DNA from: Raillietiella orientalis | Lineage: Eukaryota | Reading direction: 5' to 3' | Length of the DNA: 64,000 nt | NCBI GenBank assembly: GCA_036172245.1 | Contig: JAYWIR010000019.1 | Location: forward strand, 2,542,001-2,606,000 | In this document: piece after piece, positions 52,350-64,000 of the stretch | Layout of the letters: each line of letters begins with the position of its first letter | How positions within the stretch are numbered: position 1 is the first letter of the stretch | The notes under the pieces: generated by a model | What the model was told of the DNA's origin: nothing | Database searches by the model: none | The model's input: only the letters and a program-made list of their open reading frames with translations | Program-made: the position numbers and the translations under genes

Positions 52350-53990
52350 CGACTCTGATCAAGATGGACGGAAGAGGTATTTCTGCAACTCAGGTCCCAG
52401 AAAACGGTAGGGGCATTCAGAGCGACACGGTACTCTCGTTTGTCACCCAAAATTCGAAACGAGTGCTGACTAAAGACTGGAAGGCATCGTCATTTGCACC
52501 AACACCTGGTGGCAAGATTTCCGGTGTACCTCATTAGCTTCCTCGGACCACGGAGAGAATTCTGTTCAGAACCCTTACGAGCGTGGTTTTTCCGGAACCT
52601 TCTACAATCGATTCCCAACCTCAAGAGGGCGAATGAAGGTGAGCTTCGACCGTGCTCTGAAAGGCCTTTCACAGATCTCCTCCGAGAAGAACAAAGGTTG
52701 GATCATGTGAAGGATCGCAAAACAGGAAAGAACTGCCTTCCTGCAACTAGAAAGATTGGATCCAACAACCTGCCAAGAGACTCCAAAAGCGGAGGGATCC
52801 ACATCATGCTTGCGTCTGAGAGCGAATTTTAATGCCATGAGGGTTCTTTGCACGAATGCAAGAGCGTTCGCTCAAGAAATCAAGGATTTCATCTTGCATC
52901 TTGCTGGTCGAAATACCAATGGGTTCTCATCGCGAAGTTTATCTTAAGAAGTTTATCTATCTTATCTTAAGGAGGCACACGCATAGGAAGTGGCGACCTG
53001 ACTCTCCTCCGTCTGGCAATGTGAGGCGCTGTCTGAAAAAAGTGAAATTTGCCGACGATTTCATCTCTCCTTATGGATCTCTGGAAATAGCTATCTGCTG
53101 TCACTCTGCAGCTAATCAAGGAACTCGTTCGTCGCTTCCAAAGTGCACGGAAGCAGGCTGTCTTCTTCCAGGATAGCGGGACTCCGACTTTATGGGGACT
53201 TTCGGTGATTCACCGATAGCTGTAAGGAGCGGAATTCGCCCAATGGGGGCACCCATTTTTCTTCCTGAATTCCGAGTATCTTGCTCTTTTGGATGTTTCG
53301 GAACGGGAAAACGTGTCACCAGGGAATTCCTTTGAAATTTCTTCCATTGGACCAAACCCTTTTGAATGCTCAACAGGAATTATTTTACAACCCCTCCACG
53401 CTGGTTGCAGGAGCACTGCATAAATGAAGCTCCACATACTTTAAATAACAGTGAACATAAATGTGCACGATCTCCACAAGTAGAGGCTCCCGAGGCACCT
53501 GAGTGTGTCTCTGTGCTTGTAGGCATCCATTTCATCCGTTTCCGGTACTGCAAATTTTCACCATTTACTTATCCACCCTTATAAGTGGACATTGAAGCAC
53601 ACAGTCGGAAGGCAGCACTCCCACACCCCAAATCCTTAGAGCAGGCAAAAGTGGAAAAGCAGGTAAGACGGCATTGAAAAAGCCGAGTCGAAGTAAGAAA
53701 AAGTCTCTGGCGCTGCTAACCTTTTTCTACCTGGAAAGCGAGCTCCACTGCTTTCCTTCTCATGATCATCGGAAAAACCGGGTGCTGTAGGCACCAGTGC
53801 TCTCGTGCTCTTTCTCAGGATGAAGCTCAAGATGATAGGATCCCATACATGGCTAAGATTGTTCGCTTCCCAGAATTCGAAGGCGAAAATGATGCGTGGC
53901 GAGAAAAGCATACCAGAGTGGTGGCATCTCATTTTCTGAGTGGTGGCTAAAAGGCCAGGGATCAAAATGGGAATTCTTTGCCATTGCTTG
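52350..53990 (+). mobile_element. Non-LTR retrotransposon remnant around the start of ORF2 (APE N-terminus)
   Basis: MRVLCTNARAF at ~52837-52870 resembles the first APE motif (x-N-x-R-G/S). The rest is decayed; boundaries approximate. Confidence 0.4.
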
Positions 53991-54149
53991 GTTCAGAGAT
54001 TGCTTAAATAATTTATATATTATATATGTGTATATACACACTTAGTGTCCTATAATTCCGGAAGCGAACATGCCATATGGACAAGCATCGAAAGGAAGGC
54101 AAGTCTGTGGGGGTCAGAGCAGCATGCAAAGTACGTTTTCGATCCCTGG

Positions 54150-54281
54150 CTCCACATCTTGACGAGAATCGCAGAGAATGGAATCTCCACATCTTGACGA
54201 GAATCGCAGAGAATGGAATCTCCACATCTTGACGAGAATCGCAGAGAATGGAATCTCCACATCTTGACGAGAATCGCAGAG
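54150..54281 (+). repeat. Perfect 35-bp tandem repeat, about 3.8 copies
   Basis: Unit CTCCACATCTTGACGAGAATCGCAGAGAATGGAAT starts at 54150, 54185, 54220 and, partially, 54255; no mismatches and no spacers. Confidence 0.95.
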
Positions 54282-54299
54282 CGCGCGCATAAGACTTGT

Positions 54300-55400
54300 T
54301 TGACACCCGCCAACACAAATCCAATGAGTCTGTGAATTAAATTAAGTCTCTTGGATCCTTCTTGCAGCCCTGAAGAGTTCTTCCCTGGCTCGCACGCCAT
54401 GTTCGTGGAGTGCTGAGCCCCCGTTTTCACTCACGTGAGATTCGGGAGCAGGTTGATTGTGGCGACGATCACAGGTCGGACTTTTCCAAACTGCTGCTGA
54501 CCGTGACCCCTTTAATGGAGACAATTTCTGGTATCTCACCCATCCGGTCACCTTTTCCTTTATCGAGCACCAGCTTGAACAAAAACACACGAGACACTTC
54601 TGAATCACCGATGAACCAACGACTCGAGTGCTGGTGACAGCATCAGCTTAAAATTAGGCTTGTTCTCTCTGCCTTTTTCATTCTTGTAAAGGGCACCACT
54701 TCCTTTCTCGATTCTGGAGATGCTACTGGTGGTACTTCCACATCCAAGAAGCTCTTCGTAATGAAGCAAATGGGATCAGAAAAAAGATTTGACAACAGCA
54801 GCAAGGGAATAGGACTTTATCGGTGAGCAGGTAAAACACAGAGTTCCGGTACCCCGGATGCTCTTGTAGAGTCCCAGCTGCTCGCTCTTTTTACATGAAT
54901 AATAGAGATGGGAAATGCAGCCCTGCACTGCAGCTAGCGCTTTATCGCACAGGTATTTGTGCAGCTGTTTGAGAACTTAGTTCGATGGCGCCACTTTCGC
55001 TTTTCCAGAGCCACTTCGACCCTCGAATCTTAGGCCAAGTTTTTTCTCGTTCCTTCGACTGAACCAAGGCCGCTTTCCCAATCATTTTCATCGCGCGGTT
55101 CTTAGGGCAGTTTGCACTTGAATCCAGCAGTCTTTCAGCGATGAGCTATCCGGCACGTTTCTCCATGTTCCTCATTTCACACCCACCCACAAAGGTGGTT
55201 AATCGATTGGATTTTCCCGATCATTCTCTTCCGATGGCATCTGAAACGCAATTTCGAAGCTACCGAAAAGACTTGCTCCTTCGGTTCGAAGAGCGCACAG
55301 TTGGATCAGGTCGCTCTCTGGGCTTCTTGTACCTCTTGGTACATTCGCTTGAAGTGCAAACGTACACTGATTCGTTTGCTTCATGTTTTTCTCCCCTCTG
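54300..55400 (-). mobile_element. Non-LTR retrotransposon RT remnant
   Basis: Minus strand gives PGYRNSVFYL then SRIEKGSGALYKNEKG, loosely matching PGPDGxxxEFY and SWxxGxxxLxxKxG. Weak and frameshifted. Confidence 0.3.
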
Positions 55401-55505
55401 AGCCACTCTGCTTCGTCTTCTTAGAGAAGCTCACAGAATACCTATCATTCCATATATTTTGGAAGAACGCATTCTTCATGTAAGGACTGATTGGAGTCTG
55501 GAGTC

Positions 55506-55558
55506 AAAGAAGTCTACCCGGCTGACCCATGGAAAGGGTCAGCCAGGCAGACTTCTTT
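55506..55558 (-). other. 23-bp stem-loop with 7-nt loop
   Basis: Arms 55506-55528 and 55536-55558 pair at 21/23 positions; both mismatches become G-U pairs on the minus strand. Confidence 0.8.
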
Positions 55559-58409
55559 TCTTTCTTGATTTTCCTTTTCTTTTCCTTTTTCTGATCAAGA
55601 ATCAGTAGCATTTGCCGACGAGCGTGCAGGTTGAAGAAACAGAAGCGTCTAGATAGACCGTTTTTGATACTCGCGTATGGGACATGCAGCGGTCTCCTGT
55701 GCAAAAAACGCACGAACCTGGTTTCTCTTCCCTTTGAAGAGAAAGCAGACCAGCCGGGGAGACCTTTTCAAAGATCAGGTAGGGTGCGAGGAACTTTCCG
55801 CTCTCTATCGATGAAAGAAGAATATATTACATGAATGGATGTAGTAATTAGCATATGCTTCCTGGAAAAAGCGAATAACAAAAGTGAAAGTAGGGAAAAG
55901 ATCCGGAAAAGGGAACTTTGCTCTTCAGATTATGAGGATAGTTACTGAGGACGAACCAGCAGTGTACTCGGCAGCTAGCCACAATTCTCAGTGTCTCCAA
56001 ATAAAAAAGGGCTTAGAGCGCTTCATTTGAAGGAGTGATAAATCTTCCTTGAACCTGTGTGTCTCTGGACACACATGAATAGGCAGTTCATCTCAGTTTT
56101 CGAGAATGAGAAGAAAAAAAGGGGGGGGGGGATCGAAAAATCAAGAACGTGCCCTCCGGGCACTCGTGCCTTTGCTATCAACATCTAACGAAAGAACCAG
56201 ATTGTGGTGGAGGTCTCCGTATGGAGGAACCTGGCTATGAAATGTAGCTTTGTCTAACAGACAGGGGGGATGAATGCATCGGATCCGTGTAGAAGGGTTC
56301 AAAGTGGCTCGGTCACTCAACCACTCCCAAGTTTCCCATGATGGTACCATGGAGAATTTCCAGACTCGCTCTCGAGAGACTGCTCGCTCGGATTGATCAA
56401 CGAGAAGACTGCAGCGGGTTCATTTCTTATATTTTGTTCATTAAGCAGATGCCGTTCACGTTTCTGCGGAAAAGCAATCTGATGGCGACGGAGTTATCGG
56501 ATGTCCGTTCAAGTTCCACTGAGTTTGGAATGTTCCCTACCAGCCATGAAATGAGCGACGGAATATTTCCACCTTCTGGCAGTTCATCATGACGAATTGA
56601 GTGTACTCAAACTTCGGACACTTTGGTTTACTACGTTCCAGCTGCAGATCCCTGTTATGAACAGACAGGAAACCCGAGGAGTTGTATCAATCCAACACCG
56701 CTAAGGACTCCCGCTTTCCTGAACAAAAGTTCAGAGACGCAGGTCGGCAGTTCTTGTTTGGTTGACCGCGGCAAAGGTTTACCTTTCTCTTGATAAAACG
56801 AAATTTTCCTGGACAGATGCAATGCTTAACCACTGCACCCGTTTCAGACTTGGATGCGGTTTTTGGATCAAAGCAGAAACAGTTTAGATCGTGAGCATGC
56901 ATGCTCACAATCAAACCTGATTGCTCCTAGACTTCTTGACTTACTACTCGTTGATTAAATTTTCTTGTGCTTTTCGTAAATCATGTTCGAGAATATTCTG
57001 TTTCAAGTATTCACACAACGTAGAAAAACTGAGCATTTTTTTGTTTCTTTGTTTTGCCTTCCTGATCTCTTATCTCTGGTTTCTTTTGCGGACAAAATAA
57101 AAGAGCCCTCCAGGAAGGCACATCCTTGGCGGGCGCATGAATTCTAAAGACATTCTTGCTACCTCCCATTTTCTTCTGCTCAGTTCAAACCCTGCGGAAC
57201 TTCACTTCTTCCATTAGGCATTTACAGATGTTTCAGGATATCGATTAGTGATAGGGCAATCTGGTGCTGCACCCTCTATGGGAAATACGAACCAGGCTCG
57301 CAACGGTTTTCAACTGACCCTACTAATTGGAAACGAAGAGCCACTCATGAAACTCTGGTTCATATTTTTAGGATGAGATCATTGCTGAACAAAACTAAAG
57401 ACTGGACTTTATCTTTAAATAAAATGTATTTGCGTCTCTAAAATAAAGTGCGTCAGGTATTTTTATTTTTATTTTTTAAAAAAAATCGCTTTAGCCATAA
57501 GAGAAACTTAAAGGGATAATTCTTTAACTTTATCTGCAATGAGTCAGTGATTCGAGGGCGAGAGTCTTTTATTGATTAAAATTACGAGATTCATCCTCTC
57601 TCATTCATGTTCACAATACATTAATTCAGGAACTGATACCTGCAATGAAAAAGATTCTTCGACATTCTTATGAAACAACGACTATGCACAATCAACAACA
57701 AATTGTATACAGAATGAAAGGAATGCATGAATCGGCAATCCATAACGAAACTTTTGGTTTCAAAGCACTTGACGAATTCAAAACTGCAACTAGAGGATTG
57801 TGAAGATGACAAGCAGATGGCAACTCGGAAGACTTCCTAGCTAATACATGTGTATTGAGAATTGCAGCTTACAGTAACGGTCATCTTCAAAAAATTTTTT
57901 CCACATTTAGTTGTATATTTGTGCAAGTACGGTAAGTCGAGAGATGTATCCGAGGAACACACGTATACACAAGGATGCATCAGGAAGGGGGGAAAAAGAA
58001 AAAAAGTGTGATTTTTAATTTTTTTTTTTTTTTTCCTGAGACGACCACCGAATTCTTCGTTGGTAAAATGGAATTCCCTCTAAGGTAATCTGCTAGATGT
58101 CAAAGCTGCGTCATGACTTGAAAGCTCTTGTGCTTGTCTTGTTGGTTTTCTTAGCGCGCTGCCCGCGACGTGACCACGCCCAGTTTTCGAAAACACGACG
58201 TGACCGAAAGATTGCTTAGCTATTTGCAAGAAAACGAAAGCGTTGATAGTGGCACAGAAACGCGAACCATGAAAAAATAATACATGAAAAGCAACTTTGG
58301 CATATTTTATCAGTCTGGAAAAGGGAACTGCAGAGCATAGCTCCGTAAAGTGCTATCGTGCGAAAAGGATAGAAAGATGTGAGATGCATAACTGCCCTCG
58401 TTGCACAGA

Positions 58410-58442
58410 TGACAAAAAACTGACAAAAAACTGACAAAAAAC
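58410..58442 (+). repeat. 11-bp tandem repeat (TGACAAAAAAC) x3
   Basis: Read directly. Confidence 0.85.
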
Positions 58443-58950
58443 TCTTGCAGCCATAGTAAAAAGTTCGTGGTCTTGAGAGTGTTAGGAATCATTCCTAGAA
58501 AGGTTATTGATGATGATTTGGTCATGTAGCTACAAAACTGAAAGCCAAAGGAGAAAAAAAAAAAATTTCGAGTCCACTAGAAACAATTGTTTACTGAATA
58601 CTTTTTTGCTTTAGAAAGATTCAGGATTGTTTTAGATTGCTTTAGAAAATGCCATTCAAATGGAGGTCACAAGCTTTTCGGAGCTGAGAGTGCGACGAAA
58701 TCAAAGTGGATGCATCTCATATTTCCGATGAAATAAAAATTCGGATATTAGAGAAAGGTGCGTAAACCAACGTACTCCTTGGGCGATGTGTGCTAAATAA
58801 TAAACGACCCACTTAGTTTCCATCGAAGAAATTTCTGCAGCGTGTCCCTGGTTTTCTGCCAGAGATATGTAGGGTAGAGTTCAAACCAAGAAAGCGATTC
58901 ACCGTTAGAATTACCAAGCACCGTTTCTTGTTTCGAACATCTTTTTCATC

Positions 58951-58986
58951 CAGCAGCAGCAGCAGCAACAACAACAACAACAACAA
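58951..58986 (+). repeat. Compound microsatellite (CAG)5(CAA)7
   Basis: Read directly; not inside any supported exon. Confidence 0.9.
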
Positions 58987-61900
58987 ATACCGTTTTTGTT
59001 TTTTTTCGTAATTCGCTTTCTGAGCTTGATGAGCAAGAAGAGGGGGAACAACACTTCAAACTTCTCTTCCTAGCTGAATGCTAAAGCGGCGTAAGCATTT
59101 TAATTGGCAACCTCATTTCCTCGTCTGATGCTAATAAATGTCAAAGCAGGATTTTGCTCGAAAATAATGATTGCAACATTCTGGTGAACTATCCATCCTT
59201 CTCGAACAAAATCCAGGACAGCACCCTGGTATCAAAACACGATTTCAATTGTACAAAATTTTTTGTGTGTCTTGACAACGGATTTTATGAAATGTACTTT
59301 AGGTGTCTTACCTCAGTATTTTCATATTCTTTTTCGTTAAACGTGGTCTGACATCCAACGCTATTAGCTATCAATTTAGCTTTTTTGACGGAATGGATTT
59401 GGGTTCTTCTTTTATTCTCCAGATGATCTAAATAAAGTTCTTTCTTAATCATTTTTTACAGCATTATATTGCCAGCATATTAATAACTGCCTACAATTGC
59501 GTCAAATCATTTCCAACACTTGCTTTACTTTCATTACGGTGAAACATTTTCGAATTAAATATGTAGTGTTTATAATAACGCCAGGAGTCTCAGTCTTCGA
59601 ATCACCCTGCTCAAAAAACACCACGTTTCTCACTCAAACACCGTGTTTCTCACTTATCGTCAGGTACGTCTCGAATACACATTCTGGCATGTTAGGTTCT
59701 TAAGCATATTCACTGCATCTTCCAAGTCTCAAGCAAAATGAATTTCATCTGTGAGAAACAGTTTTCTTATGATGAAAGCTGTTTCCTTTCTGAGTTTTTT
59801 CGTGGATTTTGGAGAAGAAAACATAGGGAGAAAATGCCGGTACTTAGATCGTAATCTTAGTTCCCGGATGCCAAAGCTGAAAGGCACCGCGTGCTTCCCA
59901 GAGGGTGATCTTGCACCGGTTGGCGGTTCGGAGAGCCCCTCCTTCTCATATTTAGTCTAAGAAAGGAAATTTCGATGGTCTTGATTAGAGATTAAAGCAG
60001 CATCTGCATGAATCGAAATCACATTATTCACGTTATCAGCCATCTTGAATTGCCCTTCTGTGAAAATGAAGGCAAGCAAAAGTCTTTCCGTGAGATAGGG
60101 GAATTTTTATGCAATTTGCAACACAAAAGCGTCAACTTCTGTTCGTCTGTAAAATATCACATTTGTGTTGATGATAACTCGTGAGATGGAAATGGAACTT
60201 TTTCAGACTTGGGCAGTAGAGAGACTTTTCTTCTCGAGAGAGAGTTCCAATTAAAGCGAAACTGAAAAGAAAACTCATATTGCTCTGGTAAGCAAAACAC
60301 TCAAAAACTTGGATTTCAAATCCAGGAATAATCAGTTTACTAGGGGGAAAAAAACAAACACTATAGGTTCATGATATGTTCACGATTTCGATTAGTGTGA
60401 AGCTGGTCAGCAAACAGTGTGATTTCTTCAATATGCAAAAGTATTAACTACAGTTTTTTTTGTTGGATCTCAACATGTTTTTGGGGAACTTTGAACCCTC
60501 TAACTTATCTAAGACCGAAACATCCCTAAGGAACAATTTTCAGGACTGTTTCAGTGTGGCTCCTTCAACCGATGCTGGAACGAAATGCATTCACTCAACC
60601 GCTTCTTTTACTTGACAAACGCGATGTTACGCAATCGGATTGCAGTGTACATCAGTGGCACAATCTTACAGATATTTGAAAATGGAAAATTCGAGACATA
60701 ATTTCCTGCGTTATCATTATGTCCAAAATTTTTTCCAGTAATTCTGCGTGTGTGTGTTTTTATATCAGTTTATTTCTGACACTTCTGAAGCTAATACTCC
60801 GCCTAGCGACGAATAACTCTACAGCCTCTCTTACGATCACATGAGCATCCAAAGATCTTCCCTTTGCAGCAGAAAGTCAGCCCTCACGAAGTCCAATTCC
60901 GGATCTTGTATCCATCTCAAAAATACTTCAGAGAAATGAGACGGAGTGTCCTTGCCATAAATCTCTGCAGATGACTCTGTCTCAAATAAATAGCTTTTCC
61001 TAAATATACACATAATCCTCCAGCATAGCACGTTTTTCGGGTTCTTTTTTATTTTTAAAGTCAATTAGGCGCACACCCTAGCCAGCAGACCTCTAGGTGG
61101 ACGAAGACCACTGCTCAAGGTCACATTCGCTGTAGCAAGAACCCAAAGTTTGTGGCGATTCTTATGCATAATCAGACTAGACGATTTGGGGTAAACCACC
61201 TCCTTCCCCCTTTTCTTTTTTTTTTGTTTTTGAAGATTTGTCTGATAAAGTCCTATCCTTTACCCATAGTCTTATAACCGAATGGACTTTTGTTTTCTGA
61301 CATTTATTCTGGCTCTTCTTTTGGCTATCGGTTATTTTCCCTTGCTGTTAAAGACATGTTCTTGACCAGTCTGCTGAGTGATGTTTTGCAAGATGAAGTT
61401 CACAAAATGTCTTCTTGAATCCTTCTGAATTCGTGTACATTAGATATTACGTCGATGTTTCGCACAAAACGTATAGTTTCACTGATTTGGCTAATTAGGA
61501 TACCGCCACAGTTATAAGCTGCTCGACGTTTGCAACCGCGGCGGTGTTAATTCCACGATTGCAAACATTTTCTCAAGTATCATTTAACCAGAATGAAACA
61601 AAGCTACTCATTGCATATCATTCTACAAGACTTAGAGTAATCAGAATACCCACTTTTGCACATCCGCCTCATTCTTCAAACTCATTTTACGGAAAAGCTC
61701 ACGAAATAGCAAAAAAACAACTGTGCCAGCATTCTCCACTCAAGGAAAAGAATATCCAGAAAAGTGAGATTTTCCAACTTGCAAATGAAGAGCGATTGGA
61801 AGATTTCTCAAGTCGAGGGAAATTGGGATGGACGTACGAGTCGAGGAAAAGAAACTGCGGAGTCATAAAACAGAAACATGAAAAGTGGACTTTGGAAAAC

Positions 61901-64000
61901 AAAAACGAAAAGAAATGGAACACATTCGAATTAAAAACTGCAGCACATTTCCATCTGAAAATATATGGGACTTAAATTAAGCACGAATGATCCAGATTGC
62001 ACATTTCCATCAAGTGGAACGCTTACTGCTCAGCATTTTAAGAAAAATAAAGCATCAGTGTGATGACAACAACCCAAAACATCTTTATCGTTGCCTCAGA
62101 TCAACTACTACTCGGCATTACTTTTATCACTTGGCCAGAGCTCCATGAAATTCAAACTTCGAAACTTTCCCTACTCACTTTCATTCACCGAGTTGACTTA
62201 AGGTATTGGGAATTGCAGGAATGTCATAGCATTCCCGATCGCGTCAGCAAAAAAATTGAAAGCTCTAAATTCATTTCTGTTGGCTTGCAAGTGCAAAACA
62301 GAACAACTAAACAACAACAGCAGCAAGAAAAGACATCAAGAAAATAACCTGAGAAACCTGTTCCCGAATTGCGCATTAAATGGTTTCTTTTCCCAGAACA
62401 GCTTTGTGCTTATGGAATCTGAATGGAAGTGTTTGATTCGAAGAATTCCACATTAAACATCATGCATTGAACTTTACATGCAGCATTAAGCGTCAGATGA
62501 AAACATTCGGGATTGATGGACAAAGAATCCAATGTTCTCCATGGTCCGCAACTGTCAGAAATACGCTCTCGTAAAAAAGAACGCCATGCAAGGGTTGAGC
62601 CATCTTGCTTTCTCCCATCTCATTTCTGCCAATTAAGGTTCCATATGAAACGAAAAAAAACAAAAAAAAAAACACCCATATTTTCAAATACGGACGGTTC
62701 CATTGGAAAGACAATTTTGGTGCAAACAACTGGTTTGTAAGAATAGAATCTTTGATTCAAAATCCGATGCCCTAATTATACAAACTAAGGAACATTCTCC
62801 CTGGAATGTTGCTTATGTTGGCACTTATGGCAGAATTAGTCGTCGATGTGCTTACAGAGCACCTACAGAGTTAGAGGAGATCACTTCTGTTTATATGCTG
62901 TCTGAAGCTCTTCAGATGCTTTCCTGCGTAACACAGAAACGCGATGGCATTGGTGTTATGCAGACCTTGTGCGGCACCGCTTGGTTTTGCTGCCGTGTTC
63001 TATGATGATTCTCCTGGAATGGATTAGCGCATGATTTATTTAACGAGGAGTAATAACCGTGAATTATTTAGGCAAGCTTGCCATGTACTTAAGTAGATCC
63101 AGGACCTCATTGAATTAAGTGCTTCCAAGCCTAGTAATTTATTTTTGTTCTTTGCTTCCGATTCGAAATGCATTACGTAGAATGCCTAGCACCTTGTGAC
63201 GATAGATCCCATGGCTTATCTTGGAAGACTCAGGAGTGTTGCATCCTCCATCTAGGAAAACATCCTTCTCCTAGAGTATTTTAAAACGAATAGAAGATAA
63301 ATCTTTGTTTATCCCGATTCCTATCTTGTCCGTTAATTTCTTTCATTTCTTTTTACAGGAATTTTCCCTATTTCCATTAGCATTTTTGCCTTCAAACTGG
63401 TGATTCGTACTGCTTAAAACTTTATTGAATTTTACATCAACATTCATCTTAGAGAAGGAAAATTTTTTTGCCCAACACTATTGGGGTTTGACAGATAAAA
63501 TGGAAACCAACTACCGGATTTCAGAAGAGGTATGTCTATTGTCAAACCATAGAATTGATCTGAATTTCAGTCAGCATGAAGAAATCATGAAAATTAAATT
63601 CTGTTTCTTAGTCTTCGGATTGACATGTGGGTATCAAGGTTTAATTGATTCCCTTCTCGATTTCCGATTCCCAAAGGATCTCGAAGATCTTCCATATTCC
63701 TAGTCTTCTGCAACCTTAATTCATTCAACCAGTGTCTCTTTCATCTATGAAATTAAAAATCAAGCTGTGACGACTGAGTTTATCTTTGGTGTTCTCTTTT
63801 ATTTCGTAACTAATTAAAAACGACATTTCCTAAATATCAGAGCGAGTTTTATGGATTCAGTCCGATAGGTCAACTCAGATTAAAATCATTGCATTCAATT
63901 ATATTGAAATTACGTATCTCGGGTTAGCAAAAATTTTTGAGTATTACCTTCTTCACCTTCCGGATAATAGGATGGACATATTTTAGACTTAGCATACCAA

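Noticed and set aside
54150..54281. CRISPR-like repeat length (35 bp)
   Set aside because: Units are head-to-tail with no spacers, there are no cas genes, and the context is eukaryotic.
63359..63529. Possible plus-strand exon ending METNYRISEE|GTATGT
   Set aside because: The nearest acceptors give immediate stops; cannot be supported without sequence beyond the window.

Overview
Eukaryotic (invertebrate animal) genomic DNA with three zones. The centre (~16-44 kb) is AT-rich and CpG-poor and holds four spliced housekeeping genes in alternating orientation, rebuilt by hand exon by exon: arginase with a probable mitochondrial presequence (+), a compact FHA-RING E3 ligase resembling RNF8 (-), the NMD factor SMG9 (+) and inositol-tetrakisphosphate 1-kinase ITPK1 (-). 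Both flanks (1-14 kb and ~50-57 kb) are more GC- and CpG-rich and contain decayed L1/Tx1-like non-LTR retrotransposon fragments in both orientations. The left flank contains one intact, intronless MARCH-type RINGv + 2-TM E3 ligase ORF. The right flank contains a multi-exon gene with no recognisable domain, a perfect 35-bp tandem repeat and a 23-bp hairpin. Introns are bimodal, with a sharp mode at 43-57 nt (five are exactly 48 nt). I found no CRISPR array, rRNA or convincing tRNA, and no clear new multi-gene system. The best leads are the intronless RINGv gene, the truncated RNF8-like ligase, the methylation-like CpG mosaic and two structured-RNA candidates. All family calls are from motif recognition, not database searches.
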